This document shows, in pieces, positions 16,470-31,052 of a stretch of DNA of 64,000 bases. The notes below the pieces were generated by a model. That model saw only the letters and a list, made by a program, of their open reading frames with translations, was not told where the DNA came from and made no database searches. Location: NCBI RefSeq assembly GCF_009914755.1, contig NC_060926.1. One strand, given 5' to 3'. The stretch comes from the human T2T-CHM13v2.0 reference genome, Homo sapiens. Each line of letters starts with the position of its first letter. The first letter of the stretch is position 1. A program made the translations under genes and the position numbers.

Positions 16470-16717
16470 ATATTTATTGATAGGAAATTGTGGGGGCTCA
16501 CCGAGTAGTTGCACGGCTGTCCCTGCATCTATTGCTACAGCTTCGAGTCCACAGGCATGCAGAAAAGAACATGTGCAGCCTGATTACATAAGTATGAGAA
16601 GACACCTAACAAGGTTGGTCTGAAGCCTTTGTCAGTTCTTGTTTGCTTCTCACCTAGTGAAGTATCCTGTAGAAACTGGGTACCTTTTCCATGGTGCTGA
16701 ACCCACACATACACATA

Positions 16718-16768
<51 letters not shown>

Positions 16769-17300
16769 CTAACTGAGGAATCATCAGGAATCATAGAAAC
16801 TGAAGAAAGATCCAGAGACAGAAAGTAGAGCAATTGCAGGTCCAGCTGCCACTTCATACCGACAAGGTGAATCAGTAGATCAACAGCAGCAAGGTAGGTA
16901 TGGGGGTTTTAGAACGTAAAATATTCCACTGTTTTCTCTCCTTTTTGCATTCTCTCCTCTCTGTATCTCGGATAGAGGGTCTTAGTCCCTTTTAAAAGAG
17001 ATTCAACATAATTAAGTCTGGGGCAACAGAATATCCTACCTTTTGATTACCTCAAAACCAACTGATAATGGAGTTTAATTACATGTGCAAAATCCCAAAA
17101 CAGCACTTACACTAGTGTTTGATTGAATAACTAGGAGACAGTGTGTGTACGGTACATAGTGGCTGCTGCCTTCCTCTGTCTGCCAACTCCTGTGAGACAA
17201 TCTCCCTTGTAGTCTACTCTAACTAAAAATGACTAGAAAGGGAATTCTGGGGAATATATTTCAGCTCAATCAAATTGACATATCATAAAGCTATCATATA
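16470..17300 (-). mobile_element. ERVL MLT2-type LTR (diverged)
   Basis: ctagtgtttgattgaataactagg...aagggaattctgggg...caaattgacatatcataaagctatcata resembles an MLT2 terminus. Left boundary approximate. Confidence 0.55.
16719..16767. repeat. (CA)n microsatellite
   Basis: An uninterrupted AC run of about 24 units. Confidence 0.97.
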
Positions 17301-17773
17301 TGGCTTTCATGAATCAACAGCAGTGTCCTAAACTTCTTCTGGTGTGAGGGAGACCTCAGGTTCAGATCAACAGCCACTCAAGATGTATCAGTCCATCAGA
17401 GTACCTAAATTGTACAGCTGGTGTTTGAAAGCATTGCTTCAAATTTAGTGAGCACCTCTCTTCTAAAGACAGGCACCTCAGATCGAAGCTTCACATCTCG
17501 CTTATCCCTTGCTTTCTTCTTTATGCTCTTTGTGTCTTCCAAGTTTTATAGGGCTAATTAATAGAAGTATTGGACTTCAAAATGACCTCTTCAGTCTTCT
17601 CTTAGTTCTCCTTCCTTTATGCTTCTGTCACTAGAATAAGCAAATCAAAATGCTATTGATTTGTTAGAACATTTATACAGGCATCCCAGAACTCTCATGA
17701 TGTGCTTAACACCACTGATATGAGAAGCCTGGCTTTTTTGAAGTATGGTCAAATTGCTTGTGGGATTGCATTG

Positions 17774-17783
17774 ATTGCGCAAT
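17774..17783. promoter_or_regulatory. Perfect palindromic C/EBP motif ATTGCGCAAT
   Basis: Exact consensus with an intact CpG, in sequence I cannot assign to a repeat. Function not shown. Confidence 0.35.
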
Positions 17784-18825
17784 GATCTGTTCGATTGCTC
17801 ACTCACTGAACTATGAAGAATCAATCCAGTTAGTCATATAGATATGCCCGTGCTCTCACTAAACACTGTAAATGAATTCAGTTTTTATTTAAAGTAGTCA
17901 TAAAGAGGGGAATTCAGGAAAAAAGACAGAAATTCACGAGCTATTGGGAGGAAATCACTCATCCTCTTGCATTCATATGATAGCTTAGGTTGCAATTACA
18001 ACTGCCTAGTGAATGTGTTATAAAGATAGGGCTACTTGCATGTCCCCAGAATGAACTAATCCTAACTAAATTTATGAAATGGCTTTTTAGTTTTTTATTA
18101 GTGCACCAAGTCTGCCCTGTGGACAAATACTGGCAAAAAAAAAGAATAGTAACTCTAGTACATTCTGGTGGGTAGTAGTTAATTATTCTCTACTACATTC
18201 TTTCTCTTCAAAACTCTTTTGAATATGGTATGAATATGAATATGTCCCATCTCAGCTTGAACACATTTAAAGCCTCATGTTCTGAAGAACCTATTGTAAG
18301 GCAGACAAAATACTTATCTAGATTAAATTAATAAAATTAAGTTTTAATGGTGGAATGTAAAGCATAATTAGCAAGTGAAAATAAACACACAAAACACAAT
18401 TTGTAGGCAAGATACATTTAAACATTGCTAAGTTGGGACTGTAAGACTGCCTAGAATTTTTACAGTTGTTTCAAATGTGCACATAAGTACTTGATGGGAG
18501 GTACGCATCTCTAGATCTAGCAGACAGAGCAGTGAGACAGAAATATCACTGGAAAAGTCATTTAAATTCAGCCCCATAGGAACTTGACCTGTGATAATTT
18601 AATCTTAAACCCAAATACTTACATCTCTAAATTGAAGATATGACATTTTCTGTTCTTTTTTTGTTGTGGTTTACTTCACAGAATTTCCTTAGCCCCAAAA
18701 ACCCAAATAAAATAATACATTGGAAAGAGCCATGGATATTACATTACATTGTATTTAGACGGGTTGATGTCACATTTAAATCTTTTTTACATTATAAGCA
18801 GGCAGGGGCATAAAATTCTTGAAGC

Positions 18826-19117
<292 letters not shown>

Positions 19118-20146
19118 TTAAAGCCTTGAAGAATGTGTTCTAATATAATGTATTATTTAATTTACTCATTGTTCACTTGCTAGGTCTTGCATAATCAGTA
19201 AGAATGTTCTATTGATTATTGTCTTTAATGCAAATCTTTAAACTACAAAGAGTATAGTGTAAGTTCCAGTTAGGTTCTGTCTGCACTGTCTCAGAAGACA
19301 TTGCAACTTGGCAGGACTTGAGTGTAGTGCAACACAAGCAGCTTAGCACCTGGTTTCTTACAACAACCAGCTGTATTGAGACTATATGCAGTTGCCATCC
19401 CTACCTAAAGTGGGCACACAATTTAAAAGAATGAAAATAATGTAACTTCAAAGCCATACAAAATACTCCATCATAGATGTGGACATGACCATGCAGATTC
19501 ATCTTCTTTTTCTTCCATGGCTATATGAAGATTATACCAACAAAATTAAAAGGTATAAATCTGCCAAGATATGAAAAGAAGATAGAGGTCATCAATTGCT
19601 AAGAGATTCAACAAACTTTCACAACAAGACAGAATAAATTATGCGGTATTTGCTAAAGCAAGGGATACTGCATCTTTGATCATGTGACATGAAGAATCAG
19701 AAGGAATGGGTGGGGCACTCAGCCCAGCAGAAATCTGGGCAAACTTTCAAGTGCCAGATCCCAAGGAGATAAGCAGGAGACCTGGAGTTGAAAGGAGGGG
19801 GATTAATGGAATGTCTGAGTATGAAACAGTTGAACCTTAACCAATCCTTTTCTCGACCTGTGTAGGTTTCTGGACAAGTAAACCTCAGGTGAAATGTCCC
19901 ACCCAGCAAGCTCTAGAGACGAGTGTCATCATTTAAGAGCTTCATGTGAAACACACACGCACTCACATATGCACATACAAGGACATACATTCTCATACAC
20001 ATCCAATTGTAAAACAAAATGACAGTTATTTTAAGAAATATGCAGAATAAAAATTAGAGATATACAACATAGATATGTATTGAAATATCACATTGTACCC
20101 CATAAATATAGACAATTACAATGTGTCAATTAAAAAATAAATTTAG

Positions 20147-20302
20147 AACCAAGTGTGGTGGTGTGCGCCTGTTGTCCCAGCTACTGGAGAGGCTGAGGCA
20201 GAAGGATCACTAGAGGTCAGGAGTCCCAGGCTGCAGTGAGCTATGATCATGCCACTATCTTTCAGCCTGGGTGACAGATCAAAACCCCATCTTAAAAAAA
20301 AT
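20147..20302 (+). mobile_element. Alu right monomer (FRAM/AluJ), following an old L1 3'-end fragment (about 20060-20140)
   Basis: A single Alu arm with ggctgcagtgagctatgatc. It is preceded by cacattgtaccccataaatata...aattaaaaaataaa. Confidence 0.8.
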
Positions 20303-21300
20303 AATTAATTAATTTTTAAAGTTTGTTATTAATCCCCCAAAATAACTTGTTCTGAAGGAAAAAATTATTTGAGGGAATTTTATTTTAAAGTGATTCTAAT
20401 ATATAGTTCAGAGAGAATTATGAAAATACCACATCCGTATGAAAAAAGTAAAATTATTTAAAAAGGAAGGGCTACTGGAAATTTAAACCATGATATCCAA
20501 AGTAAAGAAAGTCAGAAGAGTCAAAGAAAAGTTTATACATGAGCTACCAATATTTGGGAGCTATGGGAGAAGTGGAACCGGAGAATTCATTTTCTTAGTA
20601 GATAGTTTTTAGATATTATGCAAATGATTAAATAAACAGATAACATGTTGTTGACATTATAGCAATGAGAGTAATACCAAGAAAGACACCTGGAACTGAA
20701 AGTGTTTCTTTTCATTATAAGCCTTTTTGCACTATTCAATATTTTAAACAACAACAATGCATTGTTTTCATTTTAAAAACAAAAATCATGGGCAAAACAT
20801 AACATTTTTTATAAATCTATATAGCATATCACACTTTAGGTTTTCAGATAAGACATAATTGATGTGATGATTAATCTCTGTATGAACTCGAATTAATATT
20901 GTTTCATGTTTCTGTTATTTTTAGTACCTCTGAATCATTGTCATGAATTAAAAATAATATGTCTAAACCAGGTAATAGAATTTGTATTCACAGGATGCCA
21001 CAGAAAAAAATTATTATTATTAGAGTTGTTGAATACATCCTATTTCTTTCTTCCTACCAGCGTCGCTTTTAAAGCCACAGAATGATCTCTGTGTTATTGC
21101 AGCGATGTGTAGAGCTGAAAGAAAGGGGGACATTGTTAGTTCATGTATCCTCTGTCTCAGCAACAAGGCAGGGAAATGCTTTTCCACTACATACCATAGT
21201 GAAGTTAATGAAACATCACACAGCTATAAGGAAGTCCTGCTAAAAAAGAGAACATGTTTTGCAGTCAAAACAAAGGATAAATTTTTTATTCATTTTCACA

Positions 21301-21367
21301 AAGCAAAGAAGACAGCTGGCAAGAATTGTTCCCAATAAGCAAAGAAGACAGCTGCCAAATATTGTTC
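21301..21367. repeat. 36-bp-period diverged tandem duplication
   Basis: aagcaaagaagacagctggcaagaattgttc and aagcaaagaagacagctgccaaatattgttc. Confidence 0.9.
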
Positions 21368-22391
21368 TCGTTGGCTGAGAGCTTCTACATCAAGCCTGAG
21401 CTTAAATTATTTTTTTCTCAGAAAATTGTATTTCTAAACAAATACTATATATTATTGGTTTTCTTCACCGGTTTGCTGTTATATTTTAAAATATACTGAT
21501 GGGAGGCATTCTTGCACATCTAGCAGGTAGTCAAGAAAAAAAAGAGATAAAATACATGCTTAAAAGGCAATGACAGTAAGTTCATCTGAAATGTATTTTC
21601 AGTTTTTATTTTAAACATAATAATAAAAACCAGTGCTCTGTGGATATCCTTGCCCAGAGGTTTCTGTATGCAAAGAAACTGAACCAAAAAGCCTATAAGA
21701 AATACCATTAAGGTAAACAAAGCTATTAGATTTGTATCAAACTAAATACTATAAAATAGACTGTTTGAACATGGGAGAGGAAATGTGGGATTTTGTTATT
21801 GTGGTCCTCTTCAAGAATCAGATAAATTTCCAGGTGAATATGATCTTTTGAAGACCAGTCCCATAGTCTTCACACTCTGACATTGTAGAATTAAGAAAAC
21901 AACTGGCAGAGGCTTCTTGAGGACCTATCTGATTGGATTTATTTTCTTATTCATTCATTTATTTATCTACTTTAACAAAAAATAGTTATATCAAGCATCC
22001 TCTATGCTAGGAGTTGTCCTAAGCAATGGAGAATAAGGAAAAGGGTGGATGTACTTAGTCCCCACTGACTGAGTGCTCTGCACTGCTTTTATCATGGGTG
22101 GGGAAGACAGAGGAAAAGAAGTATGCAGGTCCTTGAGCTTCCCGTTCAATTGGCAGTCCAGACAGATTCACTATGGCCAGTTAGTGTTGAGTGAACTCAT
22201 ATCAACAAATGCTTGTTTAGACATCTCTCTACGTTAGACTTTGTGTCTGGGCCTGTAATATACCTAAAGATGGCCAATGGTAATATTCAAGATGTCTTTC
22301 ATCTTGTCTTTCACAGATAGGTGTTTATCAGAAATATTTAAACGTATTCAAGTCTCCCCCATCTTCAAACAAGTATAAACCAGCAAAAGAC

Positions 22392-22700
22392 AGCCGGGCA
22401 CAGTGGCTCATGCCTGTAATCCCAGCACTTTGGGAGGCCGAGGCTGGCGGATCACGAGGTCAGGAGATCGAGACCATCCTGACTAACACAGTGAAACCCC
22501 GTCTCTACTAAAAATACAAAAAATTAGCCGGGCGTGGTGGCGGGTGCCTGTAGTCCCAGCTACTCCAGAGGCTTAGGCAGGAGAATGGCATGAACCTGGG
22601 AGGCAGTGGTTGCAGTGAGCCGAGATCATGTCACTGCACTCCAGCCTGGGCGACAGAGCGAAGACTCCGTCTCAAAAACAAAACAAAACGAAAAGAGCAA
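22392..22700 (+). mobile_element. AluY-like element
   Basis: gagatcgagaccatcctgactaacacagtg and gagaatggcatgaacc diagnostics. TSD gcaaaagaca. Confidence 0.92.
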
Positions 22701-22899
22701 AAGACAAAACAACAAATAAATTTGCCACTTGCTCTGCTCTTGTTCATTTTTCGGAGGGTGTGGGGGTAGGATTGGGGTGTTATTGTTTTCTCTCCTTCGT
22801 TAGAAGCCAAACTTGCCAAAAAGTTATTCTTTCCTACATTCAGCTTTCATTATTTCACCTCCTATTTTCTCTTTAATTCAATGTATCATAATTCTCTTT

Positions 22900-23750
22900 G
22901 GCCCTAATTAAGACAAACACAAGCATTCTTGCTAAAATCACTAATTACATGCTGCTGAACCCATGCAACCTATTTTGTCTTTTCTTAACTTTATTTTTCA
23001 ATAATACATCAAATACTGCCATTATCTACTTCTTAAAATTTCCATCCTTTGTCTTCCATAACTCTGTAGTCTCCTTCTGCTTTGGAAGCTCTTTCTTAGT
23101 CTCTTATATCTCATTATTCTCTACCATGGCATTGGATATTGGCATTTCTGAGGCTCATTTCTGGAATTCCCTCTTCTTTTCTGCTTCCGTGTTCTCCCTA
23201 GTTTAACTTATCTGTGTCTATGGTGCAGTTACTCAATTCTGATGATCTCTAAACTATTATTTCTCTCACAAACCTCTTAATCACCTGAAGAGTTAGGTAC
23301 ACAATCTGGCAAAATGTTTCACTCAGACATTTTGAGATTACATCAGAAGGAAGTGTCCCCAAACTGAATGCATGCTTTCCCTGGTGGTTTTCTCCAACTC
23401 TCTGTTCATCTCTGCAAGTGGCATTAACATTCATCCAATTGCCCAAGATAAAAACCTGAATTATCCTTGAAACTTCTTTTTCCCTCTCTTCTTATACACA
23501 ACTTGTAACATAGGCCTATTGCTTCTATCTCATAAAACTATTTTGAATGTGTCCACTTCTCTCTTTCTCCATGAATACCCTTTTATATATGGTAATAGAC
23601 ATATTGATGGTCTCTTATCATCCAATTCCATGTCATTAAAACTTATTATTCATTTTATAGCCAGAGACGGCATATACATATGCATATTTTATTGTTAATC
23701 TCCTGCTTAAAACTCTCAAATTGTTTTTCAAATGCCTAAACAAGGCCTGT
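22900..23750 (+). mobile_element. L2 fragment (highly diverged)
   Basis: Pyrimidine-rich L2-like motifs such as ctgatgatctctaaactattatttctc, catccaattgcccaag and tcctgcttaaaactctcaaattg. Confidence 0.6.
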
Positions 23751-25840
23751 AATTTTGCTGTGTAAACCTTGGTGATGATGGAGATCGTGCCCAAGATTTG
23801 TAGGTTCTTGAGTTTATCATCTCTCTATTTGTTTCACCCATTCAATAAACAATTATTTAGTTCCTGATATATAAAATGCATTGTGCTATGCACTAAAAAT
23901 ATGCTGCTGAGAAAGAAAGATAGCATGGAAAACCTTCATAAAAATTGTGTTCTCAGGTAGAGGAGCAGTGGTGATGTAATTGTCTAATTTTTTACTCTGA
24001 GAGAGGACACTCCCATAGAAAATAAAATCACTTTACTTGCTCTCATAAGACATCAGCTCCAAGTAGTGGTGTGTTTCCCCAGAGCTAAGGATCACTGTAA
24101 AATGAGAGTTCCTCTTAGTCTTAGATAAAAGAACACTTAACTGACCTGGATAGATCCTTCATTTTTCTGGAACCAGTTTGGTTTTTCCACATATAATACA
24201 CTTCCCTGTGATACTGAGCACGCCTCAAGTCCATCTTCGCATACCATTCTCAAAGGCCAATGCAAATAAAGCAACATAACTGTAGAAAGTGTGAGTTCAG
24301 AAACTAGAATCTAAAATAAAGTAGGAATTCTTTCTGGACACAACAATTTTTAAGATTTTTTGTTCCTTTCACATTCAAACTCTGGCCCATAAAGTCCAAT
24401 ATTTTTCCAGTATTTGAATCATGTCAGAGCCCCTCCTTGGCAGAGATGAGGTGGTGTGTATGTGGGTAAAAGATTTATATTTCATATATAATATATACAC
24501 TTAGAGAGAGGACAGAGTAGTTAACTATTATATAAAAACATGACAAAGATGAAAAGAGAATCATAATGAATATGTAGGTAAGCCCACTGATGGAAAATTA
24601 AAAAAAACAAAACAAGAAACTCATATAATTGGAGTGGAGGAAAAGAGACTTTGTTGAATATAAAGATTGACATGTACTTAGGGAACCAGATCATAATTAT
24701 TCTGAGCAGCACATAAAGAAATATGGATTTTATTCAAAAGGCAATTAAGAGGTTTATAGATTTTTTTATAAGATAGTACAATAAGACAAAACCTAGGAAA
24801 ACTGCTTAAAATTCAGAAAATTAATATTTGTACTAGACAGTCAATTGAATATTTTATATTAAAAAAACTATTGGTTCCATTAGGGAAGCCTAGAGGCAAA
24901 ATTTCAGACTAGAAGACGATTTTTGTGTGTAGAATAAATGTAAATAATAAAGCATCCTGTTGGGCTACTCTTGTCAAAATTTCTAAATTTTACTGTTTGA
25001 TTTAGCATCCTTCCTTCTCCAAGCAAATCCTGAAATGTAGTCATTATTTTTACCAGTCTTGCTTCACTATTCTTCTCAATCTCTGGACATATCCTGGTCA
25101 TCTCTGTATCTGTATTTTAATCATTGAATTTGCCTCCTCCTAATTTTTGCTAATCAGTGAGTTTCTTCCAAGCCTGCCTTAAACCACATTTTCTCATTTA
25201 ACATTGACTAGCTTTATTTTGAATATCACCCTATGAAGTGCTTTTTTGTTTGTGCTTGTTGTTTCTACTTCAATTTTATTATGTCTTCTTGTTTTTATTT
25301 CCTCATAGCAGCAAGTAAAATGCTGGGCACAGAAGAGGCATTTAAATTAATAAACAAATTATCTATCACTTCTAAATTAATGATTTATTTTACCTGGTAT
25401 GAGTCATTGTGTGATATTCAAAATAAAAGAAGTTGTCAGGAGCTTTGAAAAATTTAAGATGTGGCTGAATGAATAAAAAAATCAGAAAGCAAGAAAAACC
25501 AAAAACAATGACGTTTATCTCATTGTTTAAATCTCTTCATGGTGGTAAGTTTCACAAGAAATGTTCCTGAAACCTTTTATTTTCTAGTTAGTGCGGTAGA
25601 AAAATAACACAGATTCCTAGTAGGCCTAAAAAGATTTCTGGTTTTTTTTTTTAATTTTAATATAGCAAAGAGTTTAATTTCCAACCTATATAATCCCCAA
25701 CATGGCATTTTCTTCTTTAGCTCTGGAAGCTATGCTCCTCCTCAGTTCCCATGCTAATTAATTAATGCACTAATTTATATTTCAAAAATATGTAATTTCT
25801 CACAAACTCTGGTAGGACCAAAAAAAAGAGCCAAATCACA

Positions 25841-25962
25841 GTGTGGGAGCAGTGTCTTACACCTGTAATTTTAGCACTTTGGGAGACCAAGTGGGGAGTA
25901 TTGCTTGAGGCCAGGAGTTCAAGACCAGATTGGGCAACATAATGAGACCCTGTCTCTATCAT

Positions 25963-26008
<46 letters not shown>
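25841..26008 (+). mobile_element. Alu left monomer (FLAM/AluJ) with a (TAAA)n tail
   Basis: Single arm, a (TAAA)n microsatellite tail, and TSD aaatcacag. Confidence 0.85.
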
Positions 26009-26014
<6 letters not shown>

Positions 26015-26119
26015 GCCCGACCTGAAATCTAATAAGCTATTCTTATTGTTTCTTAACATTTCAATTTCTTAGCAGCTATAATAATGAGTCAGATGGTACT
26101 TTTGGCATTTATCTGCTAA

Positions 26120-26478
26120 CACATTTTAAGATCCACCCTTCTTTCTTCCCCTTCTGCCCGTATCTGGGGAAGCTGAAAAGAAAGCTCAGTTGCTCTGGGA
26201 AATTCCAAGCATGCGAGACCCTGCCTTTGCACAAGAACTTTCACCCCAACCTCAACCCCAACTCCTCATTTACTGTAAAAAGCCCAAGCCACCAATTTCC
26301 CATCCCTGCTCTCTAGACCTATTTTTAGATCAGCTTGGAGAATCTGATTGCTCTCCCCCAAAGCCACATTATGTGAATAAAAATATATCCAAATTTTTTG
26401 TGTGTAGCATTATAAGTCTTGACATCCAAACCAAATTTTAGGTGGGAGTCCCTCTCATTTCTAGGGAGTGGTATAACA
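26120..26478 (+). mobile_element. Old ERV LTR fragment (MER77/MER68 group)
   Basis: TATA-like tgtaaaaagccc, aataaa, and a ...gtataaca terminus. Family assignment tentative. Confidence 0.45.
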
Positions 26479-28550
26479 ATGGATTTTCTTAATTTTCAGA
26501 ACTTTTCTCCAGAATAATTTTTTATTTTTCTTAAAGTAAGTCTATGATACTCCTCAGGACTCTCATTTTCTTGAGGGTTCAGGTTCCTGATGAATTTCTT
26601 TATTTGCTGTCAGCTAAGTCAAGAGATACGATTTTAAAATAATAATTTATACTGAAATATTATGTGTTGCTTTACTTGGGGTAATTTTTTAGAATAAGCT
26701 AGTTTGTTTTATGGCCAGAAGCAGAACACCCTTGCCATGTCTTAGAAACTATTGCAGTATCCTCCATCATTGATAGTACAAAAATATTTTCAGAGTACAG
26801 GAATTAACATTTGTTTCTTTCATAATTTACACATTTAACTTAAAATCCATCATAAAATATATATACATAAAAATTGGCCTACCAACTTTCTGTCAAACTT
26901 CTGATAACATGTATTTTATTTCATAGGTATAGAAAATCTATCAGTCTATATATGCATGTGCATTCATACATATTTGTAAGTTGTATGTATAAATATAAAT
27001 TAAGTATGTTTTTTCACAAAAAAATGAATAAGGAAAATAATTTAAAGTTAGCTTACATTTCATATAAAGAAAGCAGTTTATAATAGCACAGGGATTTAGA
27101 AACCTAAAGGGCTAATAAGAATGACCAAAGTAAGGGAAACACTGCTCTATTTTATTCTTTCTACCAGGTTTTGAAAAATCTGTTTAAGTACTCTAACCTT
27201 GTCTTTTCAATTTCAGGTCTTCAGAAGCTTGTTTTTATTGGTAGTTCAGACCTGTTAACAGGCCATGCAATACAACTGATGATCTCAATTTACCTGATTC
27301 TCTATTTTCACCTCTAATTTTTTTCTCTAAGACCTGCATTCCAGTAATAGACTTTACTTCAATTCTCTAAAATGTGCTATGGACTATAAAGCCCTTTCTT
27401 ATACTATTCTTTGTGCTGTAAAGGAAAGTCCTTCTTATTTCTGGCCTACTAAATCCTACTCATAATTGAGCTTTTGACTCAGCCCTTCAGGAAAGAGAAA
27501 ATCCCCAGTATCTTTCCCAACAGCACCAGCTATCTCCTTTGGTATGTATAAGGAAATTACATAGGCCTCTATTACAGCCCTTGCCAGGTCAAACAGTAGT
27601 TTTTCATCGATGAGTAGGTATTCCATACTGTCCCCTTAAATCCAAATGGGAAGTCTTTATTTCACAACCATCAGTAAAGAACCCTAGCACAATGCCTTGT
27701 ACACACAGCAGATAATCAATAAATATTTGGGACCATATACAAAAATTAACCCAAAATGGATTAAAAACTGAAATGTAAGACCTGAAGCTACAATAATCTT
27801 AGAAGAAAATATAGGAAAAACTCTTCTGGACATCAGCATGGGTGGCATGTATGACTAAGTCCTTAAAAGCAAATGCAACAAAAACAAAAACAAATAGGAC
27901 TTAATTAAACTAAAAAAGCTTCTGCATAGGAAAAAAAAGAATAAAAAGACATCATACAGAATGGGAAAAATTATTTGCAGACTATGCATGTGACAAAGGG
28001 CTAATATCCAGAATCTACAAGGAACTCAAACAACCAAACCATAAAAAAAACAACAACAATAAAAAGTGGGCAAAGGACATGAACAGACATTTTTCGAAAG
28101 AAGACACGCAGATAGCCAACAAGCAGGTTAAAAAATGTTCAATATCATTAATCATCACAGGAATTAAAATTAAAATCACAATGAATTACCATCTCACACA
28201 AGTCAAAATGGCTATTATTTTAAAAGTCAAAAATCAACAGATCTTATTGAAGAAGTGGAGAAAAGGAAATGCTTATACACTAGCATGGGCATGAAGATTA
28301 ATACAACCTCTAGGGAAACCAGCATGGAGATTTCTCACATAACTAAATATGGAACACCATTTGATCTAGCTAGTCCACTAGTGGATATCTACTCAAAGAA
28401 AAATAAATTGTTTTATCAAAAAGACAACTGCACTTATACATTTATTGCAGCTCTATTTACAATAGCAAAGCCATGGAATCAACCTAAGTATCCATTAATG
28501 GATAATTAGATAAAGAAAATTTAGTATCTATCTATCCATACATGTATGTA

Positions 28551-28610
<60 letters not shown>
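28551..28610. repeat. Compound (TG)n(TA)n microsatellite
   Basis: Directly visible inside the L1. Confidence 0.95.
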
Positions 28611-28615
<5 letters not shown>

Positions 28616-28854
28616 AAAACACACAAACACACACACACACACACTCACACCCCATGGCATACTACTCAACCATAACAAAAAATAAAATCATGTATTTTAC
28701 AGCAACATGGATGGAACTGGAGGCCATTATTCTAAGTGAAATAATTTAGAAATAGATAGTCAAATACCACATGTTTTCACTTATAATTAGGAGCTAAACT
28801 ATAGGTACTTATGGACATATAGAATGAAATAACAGACATTAAAAACTCCAAATG

Positions 28855-29165
28855 GGCCGAGCACGGTGGCTCACGCCTATAATCCCAGCACTTTGGGAGG
28901 CCAAGGCAGGGGGATTACAAGGTCAGGAGATCAAGACCATCTTGGCTAACACGATGAAACCCCTTCTCTACTAAAAGTACAAAAAATTAGTCAGGTGTGG
29001 TGGCGGGCGCCTGTAGTCCCAGCTGCTCAGAGACTGAGACAGGAGAATCGCTTGAACCCCTGAAGCAGAAGTTGCAGTGAGCTGAGATCATGCCACTGCA
29101 CTCCAGCCTGGGTGACAGAGGGAGACTCTGTCTCAAAAAAAATAAAATAAAATAAAAAATAAATA
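28855..29165 (+). mobile_element. AluSc/Y-type element inside the L1 3' UTR
   Basis: Full-length Alu with TSD aaactccaaatg on both sides. Confidence 0.93.
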
Positions 29166-29582
29166 AACTCCAAATGGTGGAATAGTGCAAGTGGGATAAG
29201 GGTTGAAAAATTACTTATTGGGTACAATGTTCACTACTGGGGCAATGAGTATATTACACGGCCAGACTACACCACTACACAATATATCATGTAACAAAAC
29301 TGCACTTGTACTCCATAAATCTACCAAAAAAATTGTAAGAACATTCTCTTTTAATATAAGAGCTATATGAAAAGGTTTCATTTATCTTTCATAAAAGCTT
29401 AACTTTTTAAATGTTCTATTAAGTACATTTGGGTAGAGGACTGTTTTAATGGAATTAATTTACTTAATAGCTTAACACAACATTCATTAGGTATTTTTCC
29501 TCTAGAGCCACAAATGCTTTCTTGATGACGGTGTCTAAAGGGGCGGAGTATAGGCTGTAAGAAGCATAAGCTTTCTCTTCTA

Positions 29583-30139
29583 TGTAAAAAAGAGTTAATG
29601 TAGAAGTCTCACTGTCATTCTTTCAAATGCCTTCTTATAAAGTTGGCTCTTAGTTGGTATCTGAGAACTTAGCTTTCAGGTTTCCCACCATGCTCAGAAC
29701 TGGTAAGAGTGAATGACCATGTCTGAACTCTTTGTACAAACAGTATGATTTATACTAAACATCTGTTTTTCTTGTGGCAGCCTGCAATTTATGCATGTGC
29801 CAGCAGGAGCTACCTACTTGACTAGACCCCAGCAAAAATCCTGAGTACTAAGTCTTTAATGACCTTCCCTAGCTGTCAACATTTCACAAATGTCACAACT
29901 CATTGCTGGGAAAATTAAGTGAGTCCTATATGACTCTATGACTCCACTGGGAAAAACCCTTAGAAACATGTGCCTGGATTCCCCAGGACTTCACCACCCT
30001 ATGTGCTTTTTTTTTTTTTTTTTTTGGCCATTTTGCTTTTAAGTGCATCTGCCACTGTAAATCATAGTCATGACTAGGACAATATGTTGAGCCCACCTAG
30101 TGAATGATCTAACCAGGAGGGTCTTGGGAACCTCCAACA
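29583..30139 (+). mobile_element. MER68-like solo LTR (ERVL)
   Basis: Starts tgtaaaaaagagttaatgtag, contains gactccactgggaaaaaccct, and ends gtcttgggaacctccaaca. Confidence 0.75.
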
Positions 30140-30489
30140 ATTTCAAACCATGTCTTCCTCCCTAATACTTTCTTATTTTTGTCCTCACTTAAAGCCACCT
30201 TATATCTGCTCTCCAAATTTTATTTCCACTTCGTTTTTATCTTCCTTTTTCTTTCTTCTCTCCATAGAAAACAGGACCTGTTAGCTGTACACTTCCCTGA
30301 AACTAGATCCATTTACATATTCAATCTTTCACTGAACTATGAAAACTCATTGATTTATTCAATAAGCATGTAACAGGCATTTGTTACATTCCAGGCTCTG
30401 GAAAACAAGCTCAGTAAGAGAGTCTTATTCAGTCACTTAAACCTTACATTCAAACGAGGAAAACAAATTAGTAAGAAAGCAATTATTTT

Positions 30490-31052
30490 GTTGTGGCTAT
30501 ATACTGCATTATGAAAAACCACCCCAAAAGCTATTGGTTTCAAGTATCAATTTTATTTTGCTCATATTTTGTAGGTCAGACATTTAGGAGCTTAGCTGAA
30601 CAATAGGTCTCTGGTGCATGTGGTGTCAGCTGCAGCCTCATGACCAGAAGACCCACTTCCATAATGGTTTTTTTCACTTACTTGATTGACATCTTATTGT
30701 GCCTTGGCTTCTCTCTTTCTCTCTTTACCTAGCATCTCAATTGCCATGTAAATGTGGCTTAGGCTTATTACCACATGATGAACCCAGGGCAATCACAATT
30801 CTTACAAAGAGGCTGGTGTCCAAGTGGCAGCAATCACAGCTGCCAGAGGCCTCTTAAAGAATCTTCTCATAACTGGCATAGTGTCAACTCTGACATGTTC
30901 TATTAGTCAAGTCAGTTGCAAGTCCTGCCCAGATTCAAGGAGTACAGATATAGACCCCATCTCTTTATAGGGGTTTGGCAAGTCACAGTGCAGAAAAGCT
31001 TATTGAATGGGAGCTATTGTGGCAGGCATTTGGGGAAATGCAAACTACCCCA
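30490..31052 (-). mobile_element. MLT1-type MaLR solo LTR
   Basis: aaaaaccaccccaaaa...ttttgtaggtcag...cccagattcaaggag...gggaaatgcaaactacccca. Confidence 0.7.

Larger units (their letters stand above)
27732..29332 (+). mobile_element. 5'-truncated L1 (L1PB/L1MA-type ORF2 end and 3' UTR) interrupted by an Alu
   Basis: ORF2 C-terminal remnants (MNRHFSKED..., ALFTIAKPWNQPK). The 3' UTR contains catgtaacaaaactgcacttgtac and ends in an A-tail. Confidence 0.9.
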
